Shown here: one piece after another, positions 1 through 10,300 of the stretch
How the letters are laid out: each line of letters begins with the position of its first letter
Position numbering within the stretch: position 1 is the stretch's first letter
Origin: Yuukianura sp. NJ FZ-2021
Taxonomy: Eukaryota
Direction of reading: 5' to 3'
NCBI GenBank assembly: GCA_046563655.1
Contig: JAJCTO010000010.1
Span: forward strand, 186,001-250,000
DNA: 64,000 nucleotides
The notes under the pieces: model-generated
Told to the model about the DNA's origin: nothing
Databases searched by the model: none
The model's input: the letters and a program-made list of their open reading frames with translations, nothing else
Made by a program: the position numbers and the translations under genes

Positions 1-3000
1 GTAAGAAGCAACGTCATGCTATGTAATCAGTGAAATATGGCAAATTTCCAACACAAACTAGAACTCGTGTTTTTTTAATCGCAGTTGTGAACCCAAAAAC
101 TTATGTATCATGGGGCTCTCGCCTGCCTGAATTGCGATATATTGTAAGTGCCACATTGCAGCATTCAAACGTTATCCCTGAAACCGTTTGGTGTTGTGTA
201 TTTGACAGGTCTTTAAAAACATTTGTGGTACTTCGAATGCGAATCAATGCGTCGATTTTCCGGCAGTTACAGTCTTTTGTAAGAAGCAACGTCATGCTAT
301 GTAATCAGTGAAATATGGCAAATTTCCAACACAAACTAGAACTCGTGTTTTTTTAATCGCAGTTGTGAACCCAAAAACTTATGTATCATGGGGCTCTCGC
401 CTGCCTGAATTGCGATATATTGTAAGTGCCACATTGCAGCATTCAAACGTTATCCCTGAAACCGTTTGGTGTTGTGTATTTGGCAGGTCTTTAACAACAT
501 TTGTGGTACTTCAAAGTGAATCAATGCGTCGATTTTCGTGCTGTTTCAGTCTTTTGTAAGAAGCAACGTCATGTCATGTAATCAGTGAAATATGGCAAAT
601 TTCCAACACAAGCTGGAACTCGTGTTTTTTTAATCGCAGTTGTGAACAAAAAAACTTATGAATCGTGGGGCTCTCGCCTGCCTGAATTGCGATATATTGT
701 AAGTGCCACATTGCAGCATTCAAACGTTATCCCTGAAACCGTTTGGTGTTGTGTATTTGACAGGTCTTTAAAAACATTTGTGGTACTTCGAATGCGAATC
801 AATGCGTCGATTTTCCGGCAGTTACAGTCTTTTGTAAGAAGCAACGTCATGCTATGTAATCAGTGAAATATGGCAAATTTCCAACACAAACTAGAACTCG
901 TGTTTTTTAATCGCAGTTGTGAACCCAAAAACTTATGTATCATGGGGCTCTCGCCTGCCTGAATTGCGATATATTGTAAGTGCCACATTGCAGCATTCAA
1001 ACGTTATCCCTGAAACCGTTTGGTGTTGTGTATTTGGCAGGTCTTTAAAAGCATTTGTGGTACTTCGAAAGCGAATCAATGCGTCAATTTTCCGGCAGTT
1101 ACAGTCTTATGTAAGAAGCAGCATCATGCTATGTAATCAGTGAAATATGGCAAATTGCCAACACAAACTAGAACTCGTGTTTTTTTAATCGCAGTTGTGA
1201 ACCCAAAAACTTATCTATCATGGGGCTCTCGCCTGCCTGAATTGCGATATATTGTAAGTGCTACATTGCAGCATTCAAAACGTTATCCCTGACACCGTTT
1301 TGTGTTGTGTATTTGACAGGTCTTTAAAAACATTTGTGGCACTTCGAATGCGAATCAATGCGTCGATTTTCCGGCAGTTACAGTCTTTTGTAAGAAGCAA
1401 CGTCATGCTATGTAATCAGTGAAATATGGCAAATTTCCAACACAAACTAGAACTCGTGTTTTTTTGATTGCAGTTGTGAACCCAAAAACTTATATATCAT
1501 TGGGCTCTCGCCTGCCTGGATTGCGATATATTGTAAGTGCCCTAATGCAGCATTCAAAACGTTATCCGTGAAACCGTTTGGTGTTGTGTATTTTGCAGGT
1601 CTTTAAAAGCATTTGTGGTACTTCAAAGTGAATCAATGCGTCGATTTTCGTGCTGTTTCAGTCTTTTGTAAGAAGCAACGTCATGTCATGTAATCAGTGA
1701 AATATGGCAAATTTCCAACACAAACTAGAACTCGTGTTTTTTTAATCGCAGTTGTGAACCCAAAAACTTATGAATCGTGGGGCTCTCGCCTGCCTGAATT
1801 GCGATATATTGTAAGTGCCACATTGCAGCATTCAAACGTTATCCCTGAAACCGCTTGGTGTTGTGTATTTGGCAGGTCTTTAAAAGCATTTGTGGTACTT
1901 CGAAAGCGAATCAATGCGTCAATTTTCCGGCAGTTACAGTCTTATGTAAGAAGCAGCATCATGCTATGTAATCAGTGAAATATGGCAAATTGCCAACACA
2001 AACTAGAACTCGTGTTTTTTTAATCGCAGTTGTGAACCCAAAAACTTATGTATCATGGGGCTCTCGCCTGCCTGAATTGCGATATATTGTAAGTGCCACA
2101 TTGCAGCATTCAAACGTTATCCCTGAAACCGCTTGGTGTTGTGTATTTGGCAGGTCTTTAAAAGCATTTGTGGTACTTCGAAAGCGAATCAATGCGTCGA
2201 TTTTCCGGCAGTTACAGTCTTATGTAAGAAGCAACGTCATGCTGTGTAATCAGTGAAATATGGCAAATTTCCAACACAAACTAGAACTCGTGTTTTTTTA
2301 ATCGCAGTTGTGAACCCAAAAACTTATGTATCATGGGGCTTTCGCCTGCCTGAATTGCGATATATTGTAAGTGCCACATTGCAGCATTCAAAACGTTATC
2401 CCTGACACCGTTTTGTGTTATGTATTTGACAGGTCTTTAAAAACATTTGTGGTACTTCGAATGCGAATCAATGCGTCGATTTTCCGGCAGTTACAGTCTT
2501 TTGTAAGAAGCAACGTCATGTCATGTAATCAGTGAAATATGGCAAATTTCCAACACAAACTAGAACTCGTGTTTTTTTAATCGCAGTTGTGAACCCAAAA
2601 ACTTATGTATCATGGGGCTCTCGCCTGCCTGAATTGCGATATATTGTAAGTGCCACATTGCAGCATTCAAACGTTATCCCTGAAACCGTTTGGTGTTGTG
2701 TATTTGGCAGGTCTTTAAAAGCATTTGTGGTACTTCGAAAGCGAATCAATGCGTCAATTTTCCGGCAGTTACAGTCTTATGTAAGAAGCAGCATCATGCT
2801 ATGTAATCAGTGAAATATGGCAAATTGCCAACACAAACTAGAACTCGTGTTTTTTTAATCGCAGTTGTGAACCCAAAAACTTATCTATCATGGGGCTCTC
2901 GCCTGCCTGAATTGCGATATATTGTAAGTGCTACATTGCAGCATTCAAAACGTTATCCCTGACACCGTTTTGTGTTGTGTATTTGACAGGTCTTTAAAAA

Positions 3001-3302
3001 CATTTGTGGTACTTCGAATGCGAATCAATGCGTCGATTTTCCGGCAGTTACAGTCTTTTGTAAGAAGCAACGTCATGCTATGTAATCAGTGAAATATGGC
3101 AAATTTCCAACACAAGCTAGAACTCGTGTTTTTTAATCGCAGTTGTGAACCCAAAAACTTATGTATAATGGGGCTCTCGCCTGCCTGAATTGCGATATAT
3201 TGTAAGTGCCATATTGCAGCATTCAAACGTTATCCCTGAAACCGTTTTGTGTTGTGTATTTGACAGGTCTTTAAAAACATTTGTGGTACTTCGAATGCGA
3301 AT
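1..3302. repeat. Tandem satellite array, ~278-bp monomer, ~11.9 copies (open at left window edge)
   Basis: GTAAGAAGCA monomer starts at 1, 279, 556, 834, 1111, 1390, 1668, 1946, 2224, 2503, 2781 and 3060 (spacing 277-279). Copies differ by scattered substitutions. The array stops abruptly at ...CTTCGAATGCGAAT (3302). Confidence 0.98.
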
Positions 3303-3349
3303 ACAGAGAGTGACGTTACCACTTGAAAAGTTTTATAATTTCACAAAAA

Positions 3350-3979
3350 TTAAGAGAACACTGCCACTACTGTAGTCTGGAGGCCATTTTTGGCAGTTTG
3401 CGTAGCACGAGGTGCTACAGTGTCAGGGTCCAACTTTTCCATTATGGTAAAGACCAGAACATCGTCCCATTGGTCAACGTTACGGTTAAGATTCCGTAAC
3501 TGTCTCACGCACTGGTCGAAATTGTCAACCAGGTTCCTCAGTGAAGTCGAGTTTTCCTGAAACAGTTTAGAAAGATTAAACAGTTTTCGCAATAATGAAA
3601 ATGCGATCTCGCGCGTATTATTGTATCGCTCGATACACAGATCCCAAGCATCGTGAAAATTAGCATTAGTGATTACGAATGGCGAGACTATCTTTAGTGC
3701 ATCGTCTTTGAGAGATGACTTTAGATACTGCAGCTTTTCGCAGCCAGACAAACTGCCATTGTTGACTATGGAAGCCTCCAATTGATCTCGGAAGGATGGC
3801 CAGTCTTCGTAACTGCCAGAGAACGTAGGAAGGTCAAGTTTTGGTGGCTTGACCTTTGACGATGGATGAACGACTGACGGAGCAGAGGTTAGGGTGGATC
3901 CACTCTGGGTGTTGGAGTCCAGCTTCGCTAACTCTCCATTGATAAGACTCTTCTGTTCTGAAGCTTCAAGTTGAGGCAT
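3350..3979 (-). pseudogene. gag: Partial BEL/Pao gag (DUF1759-like domain)
   Basis: KLDLPTFSGSYEDWPSFRDQ...LSGCEKLQYLKSSLKDDA...AWDLCIERYNN...WDDVLVFTIMEKLDPDT aligns by eye to the gag at 6478-7344 (KLELPTFSGKYEDWLSYKDL...LTGSQKLGYLQPTLKGEA...AWDSLKERYEN...WDSFLIF). Homology ends at ~3419 and the last ~22 aa are read-through into unrelated DNA. Confidence 0.9.
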
Positions 3980-4427
3980 TGGATCAGGTTAGGTTGTGTT
4001 CGTTGACCTCCGTGACCTCCGATGAATGTGGGAGAGCAAGTGAATTGTGGTGAAGCCACAGAGAGATCAAGACATCGAGATTTACGTTATGTTGTTTATT
4101 GAATGTTGAAGAATAGGAAGAAGACGGTTACAGAGCTGGAATTGTACTGAACCATGAGTGACTGTGTGTCACTAGTATTTATAACCTGAGAAAGACAAAC
4201 TGAATTGTAAAGGGAGGAATGAGTATTCCTAATCCTTAGTAATGTAAAGAAACACCAGAATGAGAACACAATGTAAATTAGTGTGTGTAAGTTGAGAAAA
4301 AGAAGAAACGAGTGTTTCTAATCCCTGTTACAAAAGTAAAAATATCCTTATTCTAAGAATTGAAATGCATGAGAAATGTAAACTAAAATTAGCCTAAAAT
4401 CATGAACTGTCGGTTTACACGCCAACA
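3419..4427 (-). mobile_element. Truncated BEL/Pao LTR retrotransposon fragment (putative 5' LTR plus partial gag), a different family from the full-length copy
   Basis: The minus strand begins TGTTGGCG at 4427, exactly where the 256-bp satellite starts. It carries TATAAATA (plus TATTTATA ~4176-4183) and AATAAA (plus TTTATT 4095-4100), followed by a BEL-type gag ORF. No second LTR, pol or TSD. Confidence 0.8.
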
Positions 4428-4834
4428 CATATCGCCTTAATGCTCAAGGTTCCAGTGAAAAAGAACTCCTCAAACAAAGCTGTATCTTTTGCCTGTGCTT
4501 GGTTGATAGTAAATTCAAACGTTATCAGCATCGGTTCTCCATGGCGCTAATAAGCGAGGAATGCTGGAAATGTATGAGAAACAGAAATATTTAGCTCTTA
4601 TCAACGTCATTCAAAGCAGGCTCGACAGTGCTCTTAGTTTTGAAAATTTTGCGAAATGGCTGTGTGTTATACCATGCCATAAGCAAATCGCTTTGTCGCT
4701 CAGCATTCCAGTGAAAAAGAACTCCTCAAACAAAGCTGTATCTTTTGCCTGTGCTTGGTTGATAGTAAATTCAAACGTTATCAGCATCGGTTCTCCATGG
4801 CGCTAATAAGCGAGGAATGCTGGAAATGTATGAG
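4428..4834. repeat. 256-bp satellite, left segment (~1.6 copies)
   Basis: ATGCTGGAAATGTATGAG occurs at 4561 and 4817 (256 apart) and is the same monomer as 12929 and 13185. Confidence 0.96.
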
Positions 4835-5411
4835 GTAGGGCAATGCTCAAGGGTTGAGCATAGGTCTTCTGGAGGGAGTTGGCAATTGATACGACCTTTA
4901 GACCAGCTGTCCACAAACCCGTTGAAGAAAAACGTCAAGAAACCGTTTTCACGAGATTTATGCAACGAAACGTCGCTCATAACTTTCAGTGCAGATAGAT
5001 GTGGGGCCTTTTTGTGCACAATTGCACCAAAATGTGAAAAAACCGTTTGCATAAGAATGTTGTTCAGCTTTAGCCCTGAACCGTTTTCACTCGCCTGAAA
5101 ATTATTTTGATTTACAACATATTTCTGCATCAAATTGTTCTCAAGAATGAACAAAATTAGAATTCCATTAAATCTGTTCATATAAATGCACAATTATTCG
5201 GATGTAATCACCATTCTAAAAGATGTATGTGCAGTTGTTCTCAAGTATGCACAAATGTTGAAATAACAACGTTCATTACCCAGCGTCAAAATAACTGCGC
5301 AATTTGACATTTATGTGCATCTACTTATAAGTGTGCACAAAATTAAACGTTGAGAGGCAGGTGTAAATTATAGCTTCTTAAAAATCAAAATACATGCACC
5401 ATGTGTTAAAT

Positions 5412-5587
5412 CGTAGCAGGTGAAATGGTCAGAAATATTTGGTCAGAAGTGAAATGATCAGAAGTGAAAAGGTCAGAATTCAAAAGATCTAAGGTTAGGT
5501 TTGGTTACGTTCCTTCCTTTTCTGACCTTTTTTTTCTGATCATTTCACTTTTGATCTTTTCACTTTCTGACCAAATCACATGGAACC
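5412..5587. mobile_element. Foldback/MULE-like MITE, 176 bp, 9-bp TSD
   Basis: Direct repeat GTGTTAAAT(C) at 5403-5412 and 5588-5597. The termini are imperfectly inverted (17/22 by eye). The arms are built of ~15-bp subrepeats (GGTCAGAAGTGAAAT) in inverted orientation around an AGGTTAGGTTTGGTTA core. Confidence 0.75.
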
Positions 5588-5874
5588 GTGTTAAATCAAG
5601 TGCATAAGTAATAGAGGCGAATATCATTTGTGTAAAATCAAAATAATAAAAATTTCTTGCAAAGGCAAATTTGAACCCTGTCATGCACTGTTTACATGTT
5701 ACGAATTTAAGCCGCATTTTCTACCCTCTAATCAGTCTTAAGTTAACAACGTAACTAAACATACTGCCAGAAAATGACCAGATCAAAACTTCGTTGTTTA
5801 AATACATTTTGAGTGTAAACGAAACCAAAATGTGTTCGCCGTGCCACGAAACTGCGGGTACGTAAAGTAGCCGC

Positions 5875-6157
5875 TGTTTTGGCATTTGAGACGCTTCTCA
5901 ACAGGGAAGCGCCAATTTCAAATTGTCGAAATTGTGTAGATATAGGTATATTTCAAATTCTAAAAAGTGTGTCTGAAGAAGATGAGCAGAGGAACTGCCC
6001 ACTTCACTTGTAATTCTGATTGGGAAGCAGCATGGTCTGCACTTTTCTTTCAATTATCAATTAACTTTTGTAATTAATGTAAAAAGATTGAAGTATTAAC
6101 GTTTTTATAATAAAAATACAAAACACCAATCGACCGCCTACCATCCAAATCACTTCA
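5875..6157 (+). repeat. 5' LTR (283 bp)
   Basis: TGTTTTGGCA...ATCACTTCA, a direct repeat of 12209-12491 with 3 substitutions. Confidence 0.97.
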
Positions 6158-6168
6158 TGGTGCCGAAA
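6158..6168 (+). promoter_or_regulatory. Primer binding site, tRNA-Phe-type
   Basis: TGGTGCCGAAA directly follows the 5' LTR and is complementary to the 3' end of metazoan tRNA-Phe(GAA) (...UUUCGGCACCA). tRNA-His would match only the first 8 nt. Confidence 0.8.
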
Positions 6169-6477
6169 GCCTGGTTGCGTCGACAAGACAACGAACCACC
6201 AATCAACAGAGGATGAAGCATGCGGTATTTTGGTAAAGTCAACTAACTTAACAGTTGACAAGGTGAGTTCAAAGGTCAATTGAACAAATGTGGTGATGAT
6301 TTAATCATTGTGTCTAAAATTGAGTTGTGTCATTGTGTTAATCTTGATTCTTTGGAAATGACATGTGTGTACTGGCAACAGTAATTGTCTAACTTATCGT
6401 GTGGCTCTTTTTGAGTAAATTTAATCAAAGTTGACAAACTGTTGACCAGAAAGAGAGCTAAAGCGGTGTCTTTAGCA

Positions 6478-7344
6478 ATGTCTGACCAAGAACAAGAGAG
6501 TAAGGCGGCTGCAGCAAAAGGTCAAGGTCAGGTCAAGCCGACTGGCTCGAAATCTGCGCTGAGTGTGTCATTGCCAATTGTGGAGTCTGAAAACATGAAG
6601 AGGTTGGTAAAAGCCATAAGGGGTTTCAACTTTGACCTCCAGTATTTTCAGCAAAAAGTGGAGGAGTACAGCACAACTCCCACCCTTGTATCCAAGCCCA
6701 GGATGGCTATGGAAAGGAAGAAACTTGAGGCTTTCGAAACAAGGCTAAGTGAATTGCGCAGCGATGTGTACATGAACTGCGACGACGAAACGCAAATACG
6801 CGCGCAGGCTGCGGAATTAAATGTGTGTGACAAGTTTTTAGATGCAATTAATCTGAAATTGATTTCTTTTGAGTCCCAGGTGATTGGAGGCTCAACATCA
6901 GGAAAAATGAAAGTAAACATGCAGAAGTTGGAACTTCCAACTTTCAGCGGCAAATACGAAGACTGGCTTTCGTACAAGGATTTGATCATGACGTACATTG
7001 TCAACAATCCTGATTTGACTGGAAGCCAGAAGCTGGGGTACCTCCAACCTACGCTGAAGGGTGAGGCTGAAGAAGCCCTCAAATACTTCGATTTGTCCAA
7101 TGGAACTTTTGAGGAGGCATGGGACAGCCTCAAAGAGCGGTATGAAAATCCGCGACAAATTGTGTTTTCATTTCTCAAAAATATTGTGCATTTTAAACCA
7201 ATTCAAAATGAGTCCGCACAGGCACTGAGAAAGTTGCTTGATGTTTTTAACCAGTCCATCAGGTCACTTCAGGTGTTGAAGGAACCTGTGGACAAGTGGG
7301 ACTCGTTTTTGATTTTTTTTGATTGTAGAGAAAGTCTCCAGTGA
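6478..7344 (+). CDS. gag: BEL/Pao gag-pol polyprotein, N-terminal part (gag, DUF1759-like); continues in the next frame after a +1 shift at 7313-7320
   Basis: First in-frame ATG at 6478 (MSDQEQ...). Contains the KLELPTFSGKYEDW motif. Homology switches frame at the T8 run. Confidence 0.9.
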   Translation: MSDQEQESKAAAAKGQGQVKPTGSKSALSVSLPIVESENMKRLVKAIRGFNFDLQYFQQKVEEYSTTPTLVSKPRMAMERKKLEAFETRLSELRSDVYMNCDDETQIRAQAAELNVCDKFLDAINLKLISFESQVIGGSTSGKMKVNMQKLELPTFSGKYEDWLSYKDLIMTYIVNNPDLTGSQKLGYLQPTLKGEAEEALKYFDLSNGTFEEAWDSLKERYENPRQIVFSFLKNIVHFKPIQNESAQALRKLLDVFNQSIRSLQVLKEPVDKWDSFLIFFDCRESLQ

Positions 7345-10300
7345 AACAAAACGTGAGTGGACCCGCCATTTCAAAGGTACACAAATGCCAAAATTTAGCG
7401 AGGTCAAGGACTTTTTGGAAGATCATCTTCGTGGGTTAAATGTCGGCTCAGAAAAATCGACTCACAATGAGAAAAAGACGGCGGACAAACCCACAGAGAA
7501 GAAATCGCACCAGTCGTCCTCTAAAGTCGCATGTCCAAAATGTGCTGGAGAACATTCACTATTCAAATGTGAACAGTTCAACTCCATGGCAGTCGACGAA
7601 CGTGAGAAATTTGTAAAGTCTAAAAATTTATGTTTCTGTTGTCTCAGGGGTGGCCATGGTGAGAGCAAGTGTATGTCAAAATTTAAATGTGCAAAATGTC
7701 AAAAACGACATAATACACTGCTCCACTATGAGAAAAAACCTAAAACTCCAGCCGTGAATACAAAGGAGGAGAAACCCTCTACGTCAACCACAGCACTGTA
7801 CTGTTCCAGTACTCGTGTTATTTTGGCTACAGCTGTGGTGAGTGTACTTGACTCCTTTGGTGACTACCAGAACTGTCGTGTGTTGTTGGACCAAGGTTCA
7901 GAGTCCAACTTTATCTCAATGTCGTGTGTCAAAAAATTGGGGTTGAAAAAGCACCGTGCTAGTGTTACCATTACAGGCATTTCAGGAACCCAGGTCGAAA
8001 GAGCGTTGGGAGAAACGAACTTTTGTGTCAAATCTAGAATTAATAATTTTGAACTTAATGTGTGTGCTCTAGTTTTGAACAAAGTTACAGGTTCTCTGCC
8101 TTCGTTCATTGTCAAAAATACTGATTGGCCACATTTGAAAAATTTGGAGTTGGCAGATCCAGCCTATCTTCAGCCCAGTGATGTGGATATTCTACTTGGC
8201 AGTGAATTTGTGGCCCGTTTGAAGACTGGAAAGAAGGTACAAAGTGACCTTAGTCTTCCCATCGCTGAGGAAACTGAATTTGGTTGGGTCATTTCTGGCC
8301 CGGTAAGCAACACAAAAAACGTAAGTGTCAATTTTTGTACTTCTGTGTGTGATTCATATGTGAAAAAATTCTGGGAACTTGAGAGTGTCCCAATTCGACC
8401 AGTGTACACTCAGGAGGAGGCACTGGCAGAACAACATTTCGTGTCAAACCACTCAAGAACTGAAAGTGGTCGGTATGTGGTAAAATTGCCATTCAAAAAT
8501 AATTGTGTCAACTTGGGCTCCTCACGTGACATGGCAGTAAGTCGATTGATGGGAATTGAAAAACGTCTACTCAAATTCCCTCACCACAAAGACGACTACC
8601 ACCAATTTATGACAAAATACGAGGAACTTGGCCACATGAGTCGAGTGACCAAGTCGGAGGAGGGTGAGGTCATTGGAGAGACCAACTATCTGCCCCATCA
8701 TTTTGTATTGAAAGATACGAGTACAACGACTAAATTACGTGTGGTGTTTGACGGTTCTGCAAAAACGTCAAATAATGTGTCTTTGAATGAGTGTTTGTTA
8801 GTTGGTCCGACTATACAACCTGACATTTTTTCTCATTTGTTGTTTTTTAGGACCAATCTGATTGCACTTAAGGCGGACATTGTGAAAATGTACCGTCAAT
8901 TCCTAGTGGACAAAAATGACCAGAAGAAACAACGGATACTCTGGCGTGACTCACCAAGTGATGATATTGGTGAATATGAACTCAAAACCGTGACTTACGG
9001 CACAAGCTCCGCCCCATTTCACGCCGTCAGATGCTTCCAGCAATTAGCCGATGACGAGAAGAAGAAATTTCCCATGGCTGCTGAGGTTTTGAAATCAAAT
9101 TTCTACGTAGACGACTTGATGGGAGGAGCCAAAAGTGTCCAAGAGGCCAATCAACTCGTGACAGAACTGGAAGGACTCTTACGACGTGGCTGTCTGGAAA
9201 TTACAAAGTGGGACTCTAACTCAAAGGAAGTTTTAAGGTCCATCCCCAAGGTAAATCGTGGGAAAAATGACGTAATTACTTGTGATGCTGATTTTGACAG
9301 GGTTTTAGGTGTGTGTTGGGACAGTGGAGGTGACTACTTTCACTTCAAGGGTTACACTCCAAAACCAGTGGGCGTGGTCACAAAGAGGACAGTCTTGTCG
9401 ACTATGTCCGAAGTTTTTGACCCACTTGGTTTTTTGTCCCCCCTAACTGTTAAAATCAAAGTCTATTTTCAGGTCTTGTGGTCACCAGTTCAAGGAAAAG
9501 AAAATGGAATTCTCACTTGGGACGATGAGATTCCACCTGACCTGGCAGGACAATGGCATGATTATGTCAAAAGTGTCCAGGATATTAAAAGTCTAACTGT
9601 TCCAAGGTGTTTGTTCTCAGGAGTTCCAGGAATCATCGAAATTCACGGATTTTCTGATGCCTCGGAACTTGCCTACTGTGCAGTCGTGTACGTTCGATTA
9701 ATTCCGACGAATGGTCACATCACGACGAACATTGTCGCAGCAAAGACGAAAGTGGCTCCCATGAAGCAGATCAGCCTACCACGACTTGAGTTGTGTGGTG
9801 CTCTACTTCTTTCCAAATTGATTCCAAAAGTGATGGAAGCCACTCGTCTCAACTGCCCAATCATGACATGGACTGACAGCGAGACAGTCCTCAAGTGGCT
9901 ACGGAACACGTCCCGTAAGTTTGTGACTTTTGTTGCTAATCGCATTTCAGAAATCCAAGAGGTACTTCCAGTCAGTTCGTGGAATTTCGTTCCTGGAGTA
10001 GACAATCCAGCTGACCTTGGTACTCGTGGAATTTCTGCTCAGGAACTCGTAAGTTCTAAATTGTGGTGGTGTGGCCCAGAGTGGCTAAAAAATGCAGATT
10101 TACCAGTGTTTGAGTCAGAAGGGAAAGTAAGTGAGCCCTCTGAACTCCTGGAATTACGAAAGGTAAAAGTGAATCTGACTCTAATTGATCGTGAAATGGT
10201 TAATCGTTTTTCTAATTTTATGAGGCTTAACCGTGCCGTGGCATATGCCATGAGATTTGTTTCAAATTGCAGGAATTTGAAACAGGGGGAGAGGCTTACT

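Noticed and set aside
30..3375. Repeated 61-93 aa ORFs (MKYGKFPTQ...)
   Set aside because: Translations of the 278-bp monomer with GTG/TTG starts, frequently frameshifted and with no recognisable domain.
5491..5506. Telomeric TTAGG repeat
   Set aside because: Only 2-3 degenerate units inside the MITE core (also one near 3985); not a telomere array.
4771..6279. ORFs 4771-5193, 4817-5098, 5505-5717 and 6061-6279
   Set aside because: They cross element boundaries or lie in low-complexity repeats, with no transposase or other motifs.
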